Positions 49,974 to 62,525 of a DNA stretch of 64,000 nucleotides are shown here, piece by piece. The stretch is taken from contig MCFE01000386.1 in assembly GCA_002104905.1 (NCBI GenBank), positions 19,467 through 83,466 on the forward strand. Reading direction: 5' to 3'. Numbering within the stretch: the stretch's first letter is position 1; each line of letters begins with the position of its first letter. A program made the position numbers and the translations under genes. The notes under the pieces were generated by a model. The model was not told where the DNA came from. It made no database searches and saw only the letters and a list, made by a program, of their open reading frames with translations. Source of the DNA: Basidiobolus meristosporus CBS 931.73. Lineage: Eukaryota > Fungi > Basidiobolomycota.

Positions 49974-50538
49974 TATTTGCGTTTTCGCTGTCTATTCCCT
50001 AATATGTCGTTCGCTTATCTATTATTGCCGAGATGTTAAGACTAGAGATACGGTCTAATGGGGCTATATGAACAAACAAACAATCAACCCGCAAGTAAAT
50101 TTCCTAAAAGTATATATCAGCCATCCTGATTTAAACTCACCAGCTTGGAACATTCCACCTGATGATGCTTGATGATGCTAGATACCGTTGAATAATGTTT
50201 GATGATGATGTAGATACCGTTGAGTAAGTGCTTGGTACATAAAAATTATCTATCGATAAGGCCTTGATGTCATAGGTCACGGGTGTTCGAACCCTTTCTA
50301 GTGTCAGTGCAGTTGGTCTAACAAACTGTCTATAATTGTGGGAGTTATTGTGGGGATAGAGGGTGGATGGTGGATGGTGGATGGTGGGTGGTGGGTGATT
50401 TACGTAGATTAATATGTTACCACTGTCCCATTGGCTAAACGCGTATCACACAGCCTTGATTGCTAACGCAAGTCATATCCTCTTTCAAGTTCAAGAGCAG
50501 TGTGGCTTATTTTGTAAAACTTACATACCACAAAAATA

Positions 50539-52431
50539 ATGCGCACCGAAAGTTCTGATTCCACTGAACTTGCTGAGCAATACTACGAGCTAGTCAAAGG
50601 CTCTGATGCCCTTTCCATAGCCAAAACATATACCGAAACCTTATCAAGCCCTGTGGCTGCCATTGTAGATGAGGTAAGCCGCTTTTTTGTCCACTTTGCT
50701 TCCTCCCTAGTTCTCTCCTACTCTCTCTGCTCTTTAGCCAAATATGTCGACTGCGATATAAATGATATCTTTGCATATTCTGGAAGACGGGCTATTTTTG
50801 CCATTGTACCTGTACTGATTTGCACATTATTGGTAGGAAATCAGAGACATTTCGGCTGCACTTGCCTCTGTTTCCTTCCCAGAATACAGCGGCTCAGAGG
50901 ATGTCCTTAAATTAGCATACCAGGAGTGTTGTCGCTCTGTTGATTTTCAAAGCATCAGGGTGTTCCCCGATGTGGTGGAGAGTACCCTAGATGTGGTAAG
51001 CAGCTCCGATTCTGTGACCCTTGCTGCACTGAACGAGGTCTTGGAGGAGGTAGCCGAAGTGACTACACGGAAGGACCTCTCTGATGAGGAGATTGCACAA
51101 GGTGAGATAGGTTCGGTTGCATTGACTATTCTCATTTTTGCATCCCCTGTAAGACACGTCCCCGTTTTCGCTTTATTATTGCTCTTGAATATATGGGCTT
51201 GATTACACCGGCTTAGATTTGGTCATAAATATTAGTTTCTCCAGAGGACGAGGAGCCCAACCTAGCACCGCCACCCACACCGAAACAGCAAGGAAAGTTC
51301 GGGCTTTTCAGCTGGGTCAACAATATCAATACCAGTGTGAAGCACTTGATCGCTGGAGGGATTGCCGGAGGTGTATCTAGAACAGTAGTAAGCCCTTTAG
51401 AGAGGTTAAAGATCTTATTCCAGGTACCGCTCCTCTGAAAGACTCGGCCGAGATACAGCTGACTGATATCTATCGACAGGTTCAAGGCCCAGAGCCCTCC
51501 AAATACAACGGTGTGATATATACGCTGAAGAAGATTTGGAGAGATGAGGGGTTTCTAGGCTATATGCGAGGTAACGGAACCAACATCATTCGCATTGTTC
51601 CTTACAGCGCTGCTCAGTTCGCCGCATACGAGCAGTTCAAAAAGGTAATGGGGCCATGATTGTATTGGGATCGGTTGACCGGGTCGACTAATCATTTGCA
51701 TGCGTAGTTGCTGATGGAGAAGGGAAAAAACGAACTTGATACACCACGCAGGCTGGCCTCCGGAGCTCTTGCCGGAGTTACGTCGGTCGCTTGTACATAC
51801 CCACTAGATATTGTGCGTACCAGGCTAAGTGTGCAGAGTGCTCTTGCGTTGCAAGAGGCCGAGGCCGAAGCCATAAAAGCTGGTAAAACAGTCAGCAAGG
51901 TCAACGTACCGAAGCTGCCGGGGATATGGGAAACTATGAAAAGCATATACCAGGTTGAGGGTGGTGTGAGGGCACTTTATCGGGGCCTAGGACCAACGCT
52001 AATGGTACATATACACCCTTTCCACTACTGATCTCGATCGATGCTGAATCTTTGTCTCCAACCAGGGAGTGGCACCCTATGTCGCACTGAATTTCCAAGC
52101 TTACGAAGTACTTAGGAAATACTTCACTCCGCCTGGTTACGATTCACCTTCCGGAGCTCGTAAGTTGGTGTGCGGTGCTCTGGCCGGCTGTATCGCCCAG
52201 ACCATTACGTATCCCTTGGATGTGCTGAGACGGCGCATGCAGGTCACGGGAATGGCCAATGTGAACTACAAATACCGAAATACATGGCATGCGCTTACCG
52301 AGGTCATCAAAAAGGAAACCGTGCGTGGCCTGTACAAAGGAATGGTGCCCAACTATCTAAAAGTGGCCCCGGCGATCGGGGTCAGTTTCTGGACCTACGA
52401 GCTTTGTAAAGATTTGATGAAAGCCAAATAG
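50539..52431 (+). CDS. Mitochondrial carrier (YPR011C/SLC25A42-like, adenine nucleotide or CoA type) with a probable ~150-aa acidic N-terminal extension
   Basis: LIAGGIAGGVSRTVVSPLERLKILFQ, GNGTNIIRIVPYSAAQF, TYPLDIVRTRL, TYPLDVLRRRMQ, YKGMVPNYLKVAP. Upstream exons from ATG 50539 splice in frame via introns at about 50674-50835 and 51103-51235. Confidence 0.88.
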
Positions 52432-52827
52432 GAAGCACCACTCTTCACATTCGTGGCGGCCAAATGAGCAAAGATACAGAAGAACCATCCATTTGATACA
52501 GATCAACCATTGTGTTTGTACTTCCATGCATATACTGTAAGCGTTTGCCCCATGTTCTCGGCCACACTCCCGATTGCGGCAGTTGAGATAAATCAGCCTA
52601 CTATTTAAACATCCAAACCCACACCCAAACCCACACCCTGGTTAACTCTCGGTGCTAATATATAAAGGTAATCGCTGCTCCTGAAACAACGGCAAGTAAC
52701 GTAGTGTATCACCGGTTGTTTCATGTCCCACTACCTCGATTGCCTTTGTGTGATCTGTGGCTTAGTGATGGGTAGACTACATATAATTGTGGGGTGGTTC
52801 AATCCAGGAATCTCTCGTTCATTTCCA

Positions 52828-53577
52828 ATGGAAGCCAAGCTCTCAATGCTGATAGTGAACAAGCCCGCCCCGGATCAGCCTCCGTGCCCGCCCTCCTTGC
52901 CTGGGAGTTACCCATCACCTGCCGACTTCTATGATTCCGAGTGGAGTGTGAGTGACGAGAGTGTCAGCCATTCCCAACACGTCAACCATCAACAACAACC
53001 GTTGAACAACGGGACTGGATCGGAGTGTGTTACTTCCGAGGCTACGCGTGTTGCCGTTACACCGCTCGATCTTGTGTCACCTGACCTTCATTCGGTGGAA
53101 GATAATGGGAGGTTGTCTTCGGAACAAAGCGACAACATCGCCCAGCCTCAAACGATGTCTGAAGATCGCTGCCACGCTGAGCCCAAAGCTCGCAACGGCC
53201 AGGATCATGAGAACACCCTGATTCCAACAAGCGACGGTGAGCAACTAGAAAACGAAAGATTCTGGATCCTTCATCGACAAAGGTCCTTGGTGGATATCGT
53301 ATCCCATCGCCCACTCACCGCCAACCGACTAGAAGAGATAGAGTTTTGGTTTCAGCATGAATTGAGGGTGTTTGAGGATGTCCTAAACAACAAGCCGCTT
53401 CCAGCGCCAATCCCAATCCAGACACATGGTCTGGTAGCCAAGGAAAGTCAACCAGCACAGCGGAACGAGCCGGAGGCCACAGAAGGCAGCAAGGCTCAAC
53501 CTCAAAGGAGGGGAACGCTAAAAAAGCTCACTAGGTCTATCAGCAAGCGGTTTCGCACCTGGCGGAAGCTCGTTTAA
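52828..53577 (+). CDS. Hypothetical, largely disordered protein with a basic amphipathic C-terminus
   Basis: 284-codon ORF (first ATG at 52723; 52828 is an alternative start) with a TATA-like ATATATAAAG near 52660. Short ordered core RFWILHRQRSLVDIV...IEFWFQHELRVF; ends LKKLTRSISKRFRTWRKLV. Confidence 0.55.
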   Translation: MEAKLSMLIVNKPAPDQPPCPPSLPGSYPSPADFYDSEWSVSDESVSHSQHVNHQQQPLNNGTGSECVTSEATRVAVTPLDLVSPDLHSVEDNGRLSSEQSDNIAQPQTMSEDRCHAEPKARNGQDHENTLIPTSDGEQLENERFWILHRQRSLVDIVSHRPLTANRLEEIEFWFQHELRVFEDVLNNKPLPAPIPIQTHGLVAKESQPAQRNEPEATEGSKAQPQRRGTLKKLTRSISKRFRTWRKLV

Positions 53578-53681
53578 TGGGCGATTTTACAAAAAAGAGC
53601 AACTAGACAACACGCAGTTAGGGTAATAGGTGGTTAGACAACACACAGTTTGGGCAATGGGTAGCTAGGCAATGTATGTGG

Positions 53682-54635
53682 TCAGTCTGGGTAACAGGGG
53701 AGCTGATTCAGCAGTAGTAGCAAAGGCCCCAGGATCAGGGTTGTTGCAAACGTAGACGAGTGTGCCCTAGAAACTAATAAATGTCAAAGTCGGAATGACT
53801 GATCTCGCCCACACGTAGATCACTTACCCAGATGGAAGCTCTGTTCCTGAACAGTGGGTAGGCTTCGGGTTAGCTCAAACATCTCCCCCTCGTAGAACGC
53901 AAAATTCCCTGGCAAGATGGTGGCGTTTCTTCCCCTATCCCCGAAAACGAACAGGCGATATATGCCTTCTGGGGTTTCGTAAGGAATCTTCCAGTAAAAG
54001 GCGGTGGAGTTACCGGGGAGATCAGAAGCCACAGTGAACCGAGTCGAGTCAATCAAGGACACGGCCTCTATGGTGAGCCTCCGAAGAGGAGCCTTAAGCC
54101 CGACCATGTACCACGACAGATTCACGTTGGCCGGAAGCAGAAACTGTTGCCCTAGTTTGGGGACTAGAAAGTGAATGCTGGCCGGCAAGTCCAGCGCGCT
54201 TTTCTCCTGAGCCCCAGGGTTGGTCCTGTTGTCTGGATGATGGTCGTGAGCCTTGGCTGGGTGCTTGGATTCGGTCTCTCGTCCGTTGGAGAGGAATGCT
54301 ACATGGTTGGGAAGAGAGAAATCTGGGCTTGGGTAAGCATATCATTAGCAGCGTGGCGACGTGTATGGAAATATGCTACCATCTTCGTTTCCTGTCTCGG
54401 AGATTTCATCCTCATTGCCGCTTTCTTCCTCCTCATCCTCGTCATCGAGAAAAAATTCGCTAGGCTCTTCGTCGGCCTCACGATTATCGAGGGAGAGAGG
54501 CGTCGTCGCGTCGCCAGTTGACGCCTCTGGATGGCTGATATCGAGACCGGACGATGTTTGTTGCCCAGTGGTCGTAGCCATGGTCATGGCGCCTAGCAAC
54601 ACAAGTAAACAGCACACCTTGCGCGTTGGTGGCAT
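53682..54635 (-). CDS. Secreted, probably GPI-anchored protein with a Kre9/Knh1-like beta-sandwich domain
   Basis: Signal MPPTRKVCCLLVLLGAMTMA, acidic tract, intron (GTAGCA...GCTAAT...CCCAG), domain VNLSWYMVG...FYWKIPYETPEGIYRL, second intron, hydrophobic tail ATTLILGPLLLLL. Confidence 0.65.
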
Positions 54636-54849
54636 TGTCAGGGTAATATGTGGGGTAAGTTGGAATTGGGAACATCGTCCTGATCGCCCGTCTTTTATTA
54701 ACCATTCGCCGGAGATTTCTCTCATAATATCCGTATCACATCCTAGTCGTTTCACCCAAGCGGGATTCCGACAAAGTTCCATGGTTGAGAAGGAAGGGGT
54801 TTATTCAATCAAGTGATGTAATGGTGGGCTGGGTTTGCCGCTGGCAGGC

Positions 54850-55748
54850 TTAGAACCACCAAAAGCGCAGGTATATCACGAACAGAAAGGCCAGTACCAC
54901 GATGGCTGGCAGGCCGTATTTCCGATACAATGCCTGCAGGTTCAGATTTCTGGCATCCTTCTTGTACTTCAGGGATTCCCCACGGAGCTGCTCGGACATC
55001 GAGCTCATCCCTAGCCAGTAGAAGTTTAGTAAGGAGACCCTTCGCTCAAAGAGGTGGTGACGGTTGCTTACGGTCCAAGCTGTCGCCACGCCAGAGCAGA
55101 TCTTCCATGTTCTTGGTCATGATCTTGGTGACGTCCTGTAAATCCTCATTCAGCTTGGTCAGGTTATGTTGGGTACGAGAGTCCTGGTATAGGCGCTTGG
55201 TCTTTTGAATGAAAGTATCTACGCAGTTCAACCAGGGTTAGAGCCGGAATGCTTAGGGACTGAATCCTCGTGTAGGGAAGTGGAGTACCAAATTTAATGA
55301 AGGCGTAGGGGCGAAGGTTTGGTTTGGTCAACTCGTTGCCGTAACTGACGAAGAACTCCTGGGCCAGCTCGTCCAGGAAGCTGAAGGCGAGTTTCCTGGG
55401 GTATTTTTTCTCGCAGACACAAAGGTAGCACACGTCGTTGGCGATAAGGTAACTTGGGGCTTTTGGTGAGTGACGGGTGGGCCAACCCTCGATACAGTTC
55501 ACTGTAACTTACTGCATGACGTATTTCCCAGACTCGATGGAGCATCTCGACTCGGAGTTGGGGGTCAGCTTTTTGAAGATCATCTTGGCTTGGTTCTTGT
55601 ACTCGGCCAACTCGGTCTCGGACTACACGGAAATAAAGGTTAGACTGGATACAAGCTTGTCCCGCTTCTCCCATACCTGTTCGTCATCCATGGAGGCGGC
55701 AAGGGGGAGGCCATCCCCGACTCTGGCAATAATAGTGGAGAGAACCAT
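54850..55748 (-). CDS. SEC22: R-SNARE Sec22, multi-exon
   Basis: MVLSTIIARVGDGLPLAASMDDEQ, longin CEKKYPRKLAFSFLDEL, RPYAFIKF, SNARE motif LNEDLQDVTKIMTKNMEDLLWRGDSLD, C-terminal TM. Confidence 0.95.
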
Positions 55749-56258
55749 GGTCAAGTAACTGGAAAGACACAAACTTCCTACACCGATATTCAGGTTAATT
55801 ATGATGTGGGCCAGCCTGCCTAGAAATAAGCTCCTTCTGACACGTAGTAAATTCATGAGTATGCTACAGTCAGTCAATGAATCGACTCTTCACTCAATGA
55901 TTGGCTGTTAATCCCTCATTTACATGTGGATCGAATTCTGATTAAATCCTGTACGCCTGGGCCCCACTTTATGCCAGAATTGATGGATTGTTTCTACAAA
56001 TCATTTTGAATATATTGTTTGACTTCATTTGAATCTCTATCTGATCCTCCTGAATATTGACCAGTGAGGCAAGCAGTATATGGGCTTGTATAGGCTTGAA
56101 TGAAAGTAGCCATCTATTCTTCTGAGTGAAAACATCTTTATTCTAGCAATCTGTTGCATATGACATAACTACTCAGACAGGCATCATTCAGATTTACTCT
56201 CTGAGATTTAGGTTTTTTGAGAGCTGTGGATGACTAGTCATCTTTCCATCACTAGTTT

Positions 56259-56330
56259 GTGTTACAAGAGTATTGGAGATATTGGAAGAGGCTGGGTGCA
56301 CATGTAGATTCATTTGATTTTCACTTACAG
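56259..56330 (-). mobile_element. Diverged LTR fragment related to the copia family downstream
   Basis: tgtgttacaagagtattggagatattggaag resembles the family LTR end tgttgtaagagtcttggagatattggaag; the surrounding 55900-56530 is also CpG-poor. Confidence 0.5.
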
Positions 56331-56536
56331 GTAGGTCAGTTGCTTAGTGAATAGACTTGATTCATTGGATAGTGCCATATTGAGCCATTAGTGCCAAATA
56401 ATGCAATAGTGTGCTACAAAGACCAAACAGACCTATACTTTGCCTTAGGCTATATTTCAGATGATCCAACTAGTATTGACAATGATCACCAAGCTTGTAT
56501 TTTATAAGTTGGAAGCCCACTAATAGTGCCAGCACT

Positions 56537-56829
56537 TGCTGTAAAAATTTGTAATTCCACCTAAATATTGACCCAACTTAGTCACCTAGATCACTACCTA
56601 CAAATCTGAGAGAATACTGACCAAATTCCTTGTTGGGATCTACTTGGAATATTTTCACCAAAATATCATGAACCCAGAACATGAGAATTCTCAAAGTTCT
56701 CCAAACAGCCCCAGGCTTTGCACACATGCTCTTGAAGACCTTCTAAACCTATTCTATGTGTTTGTTATACCAAGACCATATAAAAGTATAAATACTACTT
56801 TTACATTCAATAAATCATTAAGTGAAAAC
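56537..56829 (+). mobile_element. Copia LTR A, truncated at its 3' end by LTR B
   Basis: Starts tgctgtaaaaatttgtaattccacc and is collinear with LTR C up to ...taagtgaaaac. Confidence 0.85.
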
Positions 56830-56984
56830 TGTTGTAAGAGTCTTGGAGATATTGGAAGTGATTGGGAGGACAAGTACATTATGTGGTTTTCACTTAATGA
56901 TTTATTGAATGTAAAAGTAGTATTTATACTTTTACATGTTCTTGGCATAACAAACACGTAAAAGAGGTTAAGGAAGGTCTCAAG
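56830..56984 (-). mobile_element. Copia LTR B, partial and inverted, truncated by LTR C
   Basis: Starts exactly at an LTR terminus (tgttgtaagagtc) and is the reverse complement of the LTR 3' half. Confidence 0.85.
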
Positions 56985-57863
56985 TGTTGTAAAAATTTGT
57001 AATTCCACCTAAATATTCATCTAACTTAGTCACTTAGATCATCACCTTCAAATCCTAGAGAATACAGACCAAATTCCTTGTTGGGATTCACTTAGAATAT
57101 TTTCACCAAAATACCAGGTACCTAGAACATGAAAATTCTCAAAGTTGTCCAAACAGCCCCAAACTTTGCACACATGTTCTTGGGACCTTTCTTAAACTAT
57201 TCTATGTGTTTGTAATGCCAAGACTAGGTAAAAGTATAAATACTACTTTTACATTCAATAAATCATTAAGTGAAAACCACATAATCTACTTGTTCTCCCA
57301 ATCACTTCCAATATCTCCAAGACTCTTACAACAGGTTATGAGCCCCAAGTTGTCACTCTCTGCAATGTCTACTACTGCCATTACTGGAATTTTTCCCTCT
57401 GCTGAAAAGTTGGATGGATCTAACTACCAAGTGTGGAAGGTGAAGATGAAGATGCTGCTACAAGAAAGAGGCCTTTGGATATTGTCATGGGAGAAGAATA
57501 CCCTCCTAAAAATGTGGGAGAGGAAGCCTTCAAATACCAGAAGAAAGAACAAAGTGCCTTTAACTGCATTTGCCTTAATGTCAAGGACAAATTGCTAATT
57601 CAATGCTCAAGAGCAAAAATGGCAAAGAATGCCTGGAAAGCATTAGAAGACACCTACCAGTCATGTTCAGCTGCCAAGAAGATGTATCTGAGACAAAGAT
57701 TCTTTACTACAAAGATGCTACCAGGAGAAGAAATGAAAAATTTAAATAACAGAATTACCCTGCTGGTAGATGAGATGGAATCTGTGGGCATACCAACTAC
57801 TGATGAGGATGTGATAGTTACCATCCTGAATAGCCTGACAGACAAGTTTCAGGGCCTTGTATC
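56985..57863 (+). mobile_element. Copia element 1: complete 349-bp LTR (56985-57333), PBS, truncated and frameshifted gag
   Basis: TGTTGTAA...TTACAACA terminal inverted repeat; PBS GGTTATGAGCCC; gag EKLDGSNYQVWKVKMKMLL. Cut at ...GGCCTTGTATC by element 2. Confidence 0.92.
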
Positions 57864-60800
57864 TGTTGTAAGAGTCTTGGAGATATTGGAAGTGATTGGG
57901 AGAACAAGTAGATTATGTGGTTTTCACTTAATGATTTATTGAATGTAAAAGTAGTATTTATACTTTTACCTGATCTTGGCATTACAAACACGTAGAATGG
58001 GTTAAGGAAGGTCCCAAGAACATGTGTGCAAAGTTTGGGGCTGTTTAGACAACTTTGAGAATTTTCATGTTCTGGGTAAATATTCTAAGTAAATCCCAAC
58101 AAGGAATTTGGTCAGTATTCTCTAGGATTTAAGGGTAATGATCTGAGTGACTAAGTTAGGTGAATATTTAGGTGGAATTACAAATTTTTACAACACTCCC
58201 ACTCAGCTAAATGCTCATACTGACTAGTCCTAATTTTGACCTAAGATATTCAAACTTGTCTCTAGCTAATGGTTTGGTAAATATGTCTGCAATCATTTCA
58301 TCTGTAGGACAGTAAACTAAGCTAACTAAGTTATTCTCTATAGCTTCACATATGAAATGATGTCTAATATCTATGTGCTTGGTTCTAGCATGAAAGGTTG
58401 GATTTCTACCTAATTGTATACATCCTTGATTCTCTTGAAATAAAGTAATAGGCGTTTTTTGACATAGGCCTAAATCTGTGAAGAGTTTTCTTAGCCACAT
58501 TGCTTCTTTTGTAGCTTCACAGGCTGCCATATACTCTGCCTCTTTAGTAGAAAGTGCTACGGTTGGTTGCTTTCTTGAATTCCATGAAATTACTCCTTTA
58601 CAGTGAAGAAAGGTGTATCCTGTGGTAGATCTTCTGTCTTCCAAATTTTGTCCCCAATCAGCATCAGAGTATCCCACAAGATCCTGTTCTGAATCCTTAT
58701 AAGTGTATCTTAAGCAGATATCAGCAGTTCCTTTAGGTATCTAAAAATCCGCTTAACTGCGGCAATTTGATCAGATCCATAATTCTGATTATGTTGGCTG
58801 ACAACTCCCACTGAATATGCAATATCTGGACATGTTCCAAGCATGATATACATCAGACTGCCAACCATAGATTGATAAGGAAAGTCAGGGCTTTCAGATG
58901 GCACCAAGCTCTCTTGATTTGGTTGAGTTTGAACAAGTTAAGGTTTGTCTCCATTGGGGTAGCTGCCGGTTTACAGTCTTCCATTTTGTACTTCTTTAGT
59001 ATATCTTGAATATACTTGGATTGGCTTAGGGTAATAGTCTGGGTACTTCTGTCTATGGAGAACTTAATCCCTAAGTAGTAACTAAGTTCTCCTAGATTGG
59101 ACATCTTGAACTCCTTAGATAGGCTGGATTTAGTCTCTTCCAATGTTGCTAGGTTATTGGTGGCTATAATAAGATCATCCACATATAGAGCTAATAGAGC
59201 CGGATTTGCTCTATCTGGCTTATAGTATATACTACAGTCAGCATTACTTCTTTTGAAACTCAAAGATTCCAAATAAGAATCTATCTTGCAATTCCAGGCT
59301 CTTAGTGATTGCTTGGGACCATATAGTGACTTTTTAAGCTTGCAGACCAAATGAGGGTTACCTTGGCCAACAAACCCATCAGGCTGGTCCATATACACAT
59401 CCTCATCAAGTTCTCCATTCAAAGATGCAGTTTTTACATCTATTTGATGAATAAAAAACTTATATTTGGCTGCAATAGCCAATATTAATCTGATGGAATT
59501 AAACTTGGCTACCGGTGCAAAGGTCTCAGTGTAGTCAAGTCCTTTTATTTGAGAGTATCCTTTGGCTACAAGTCTTGCTTTGTATCTTTCAATTGTGCCA
59601 TCAGCCTTGTATTTTGTTGTGAAGACCCATGTGCATCCAATTGATTTTTGGTTGTATGGTAATTTGACCAAGTCCAAGTTTGATTTTCCATTAGGGCCTG
59701 ATATTCCTCAGTCATTGCAGATCTCCAAAACTTTGTCTGAGGGCTATTTAGGGCCTCTTTTACAGTCTGGGGTTCATCAATATGGACTGAATAGGCATAG
59801 GCTAAGTTTGTACCCTCATTGATATAGTAATTTGGGCTATTTCTTGTCCAATTGGATCTCCGGGCATTTGATACTGGAATGATCACTTCTGGGATATTCC
59901 TGGGCACTGATTCTGGCTGAACCATGGTTGTAGAGTCCTCTGGAGTGAAAAAGTTTCATTGTTTTGCTCTGATTCAATTCTGACAATTGGTGGACTTGAG
60001 ATCAAATTTTTGACATCATCTGATGTCATTTTTGGTGATAATTTTGAATTTTCATCACACAACACATCCCTGGACTTGATAAGCTTCTTTGCGTTGGTAT
60101 TATAGAGTCTGTATGCCTTACTCTCATTGCAGTAGCCCAAAAATTTGCATTTTACACTTTTGGCTCAAATTTTGACTGATTTCCGCCCAGTTTTTTGGCA
60201 TACGCTGTGCACCCAAATATTCTTAGATGCTCTGCACTTGGTCTGTATCCATACCATGCTTCAAATGGAGTAGAATCATGAAGTATTCTGTTATAGCTCC
60301 TATTTTTAAGGTATAGAGCAGTGGCAACTGATTCCACCCAAAAATCATAGGATGATTTTTGATCATGGATCATAGATCTTGCCATATCAATTATTGAGCT
60401 GTTAGCTCATTCTGCTACTCCATTTTGCTGTGGGGAGTATGGTACAGTAGTCTCTTGCTTTATCCATTGAATTTTGCAGAAGTGGATGAAGAGTTTTGAG
60501 GTATATTCTCCACCATGGTCAGAGCGTATTTTCTTGATTTTTTCACCAGTTTCTCCCTCAACCATGGCTTTAAACTCCCTGAACTTAGACAGAGCTTCTT
60601 CCTTTCTCTCCATGAAGTAGACCCATGTGTATCTTGTATAATCATCAATAAAAGTGATTCAATACTTCATCCTGCCTAAGGATAAATTTTGAATAGGTCC
60701 ACACAGATCTGAGTGAATTAGATCTGATTTTTACTTAGTTTTGATCAGCCTAGAGCTCTTGAACGGTTGTCTGGCTTGTTTCCCATATATGCAGGCTTCA

Positions 60801-62525
60801 CAGTGCTCCAAATTAGCTGGGGGATCAATTTTCACTCCAGAAATTAGCTGATCTTTGATCATTTTATGCAAATAATCAAATTGATGTGTCCAAATCTCCT
60901 GTGCCAAAGCATTGGTGTTTCTTCATTTAAGTTACTTATATTGGCTTCCAAATATGATGGAATATAAGTCAACTTGTATAGATTCTGATCTCTGATGCCC
61001 AATGCAATATGGGCACCATTTTGATCAGTGATCCTGCATCCAGAATTGTCAAAACTGAAACTGAGTCATTCTGCTGTGGCCTTGCTTACAGAGAGTAGGA
61101 TCTTGGCTATTTCTGGTACATAGAGTACTTCTTTAAAGGTCAGTGTATGGCTTCCTTCACTGCTTCTAAGGTTTACTTGGATAGTTCCTTCTCCCACTGC
61201 ATCAAGTGTTCTATTGTCACCCATGAGAACCTTCTTAATTGGAATTTCTTGATATTGGGTAAAAAGTTCTTTTAGGTGTGTAAAGTGATGAGAAGCTCCA
61301 GACTCAATATACCACATCTGAGAATCCTTGTTTGTGGTCATATTTAGTGCAGATATGAATAGTCTATCTTCAGTTGTTGCAGCATTTCCATATTCAGGCT
61401 TCTTTTGCTGATTATCTTTCTTTTTGAGACACCAGTCTGATGTGTGTCCTTTCCTTATGCAGTAGTTACAAAACAGGTTGCTGTTGCCTTTGTAGGGTCT
61501 TGGGTATCTTCTTTGTTGGTTATCATTGCTTATTAAAGCATTTTCTTCTTCCTTCTTACTAGCGCTTGATTTTCTTAATTCTTCATCCAGGAGCCTTCCA
61601 TATATGTAATTTAAGGTCATATCTTCAGTTCTGGACTCTAGGGCTGATACAAGGCCTTGAAACATGTCTGTCAGGCTATTCAGGATAATAACTATCACAT
61701 CCTCATCAGTGGTTGGTACGCCCATAGATTCCATCTCATCTACTAACAGGTTAATTCTGTTGATTAGATTTTTCATTTCTTCTCCTGGTAGCATCTTTGT
61801 AGTAAGTAATTTTCTTCTCAGATACATTTTCTTGGCAGCTGAACATGACTGGTGAGTGTCTTCTAATGCTTTCCAGGCATTCTTTGCCATTTTTGCTCTT
61901 GAGCATTGAATTAGCAATTTGTCCTTGACATTAAGGCAAATGCATTTAAAGGCACTTTGTTCTTTCTTCTGGTACTTTAAGGCTTCCTCTCCCACGTTCT
62001 TAGGAGGGCATTCTTCTCCCATGACAATATCCCAAAGACCTCTTTCTTGTAGCAGCATCTTCATCTTCACCTTCCACACTTGGTAGTTAGATCCGTCCAA
62101 CTTTTCAGCAGAGGGAAAAATTCCAGTTATAGCAGTAGTAGACACTGCAGAGAGTGACAGCTTGGGGCTCATAACCTGTTGTAAGAGTCTTGGAGATATT
62201 GGAAGTGATTGGGAGAACAAGTAAAATATGTGGTTTTCACTTAATGATTTATTGAATGTAAAAGTAGTATTTATACTTTTACTTGGTCTTGGCATTACAA
62301 ACATGTAGAATAGGTTAAGGAAGGTCCCAGGAACATGTGTGCAAAGGTTGGGGCTGTTTGGACAACTTATATAATTTTCATGTTCTGGGTACCTGGTATT
62401 TTGGTGAAAATATTCTAAGTGAATCCCAACCAGGAATTTGGTCTGTATTCTCTAGGATTTGAAGGTGATGATCTAAGTGACTAAGTTAGGTGAATATTTA
62501 GGTGGAAATACAAATTTTTACAACA
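57864..62525 (-). mobile_element. Copia element 2: near full length, 5' LTR 62177-62525, 3' LTR 57864-58195, gag-PR-IN-RT-RH with multiple frameshifts
   Basis: PBS at 62165-62176; zinc knuckle CNYCIRKGHTSDWC; protease WYIESGASHH; integrase IRSDHGGEY...PQQNGVAE; RT YKARLVAKGYSQ and LALYVDDL; RNase H GYSDADWG; polypurine-like TGAGTGGGAG before the 3' LTR. Integrase precedes RT, the copia order. Confidence 0.95.

Noticed and set aside
50275-50310. tRNA T-arm-like GGGTGTTCGAACCC
   Set aside because: The 5-bp T-stem does not pair and no cloverleaf can be built.
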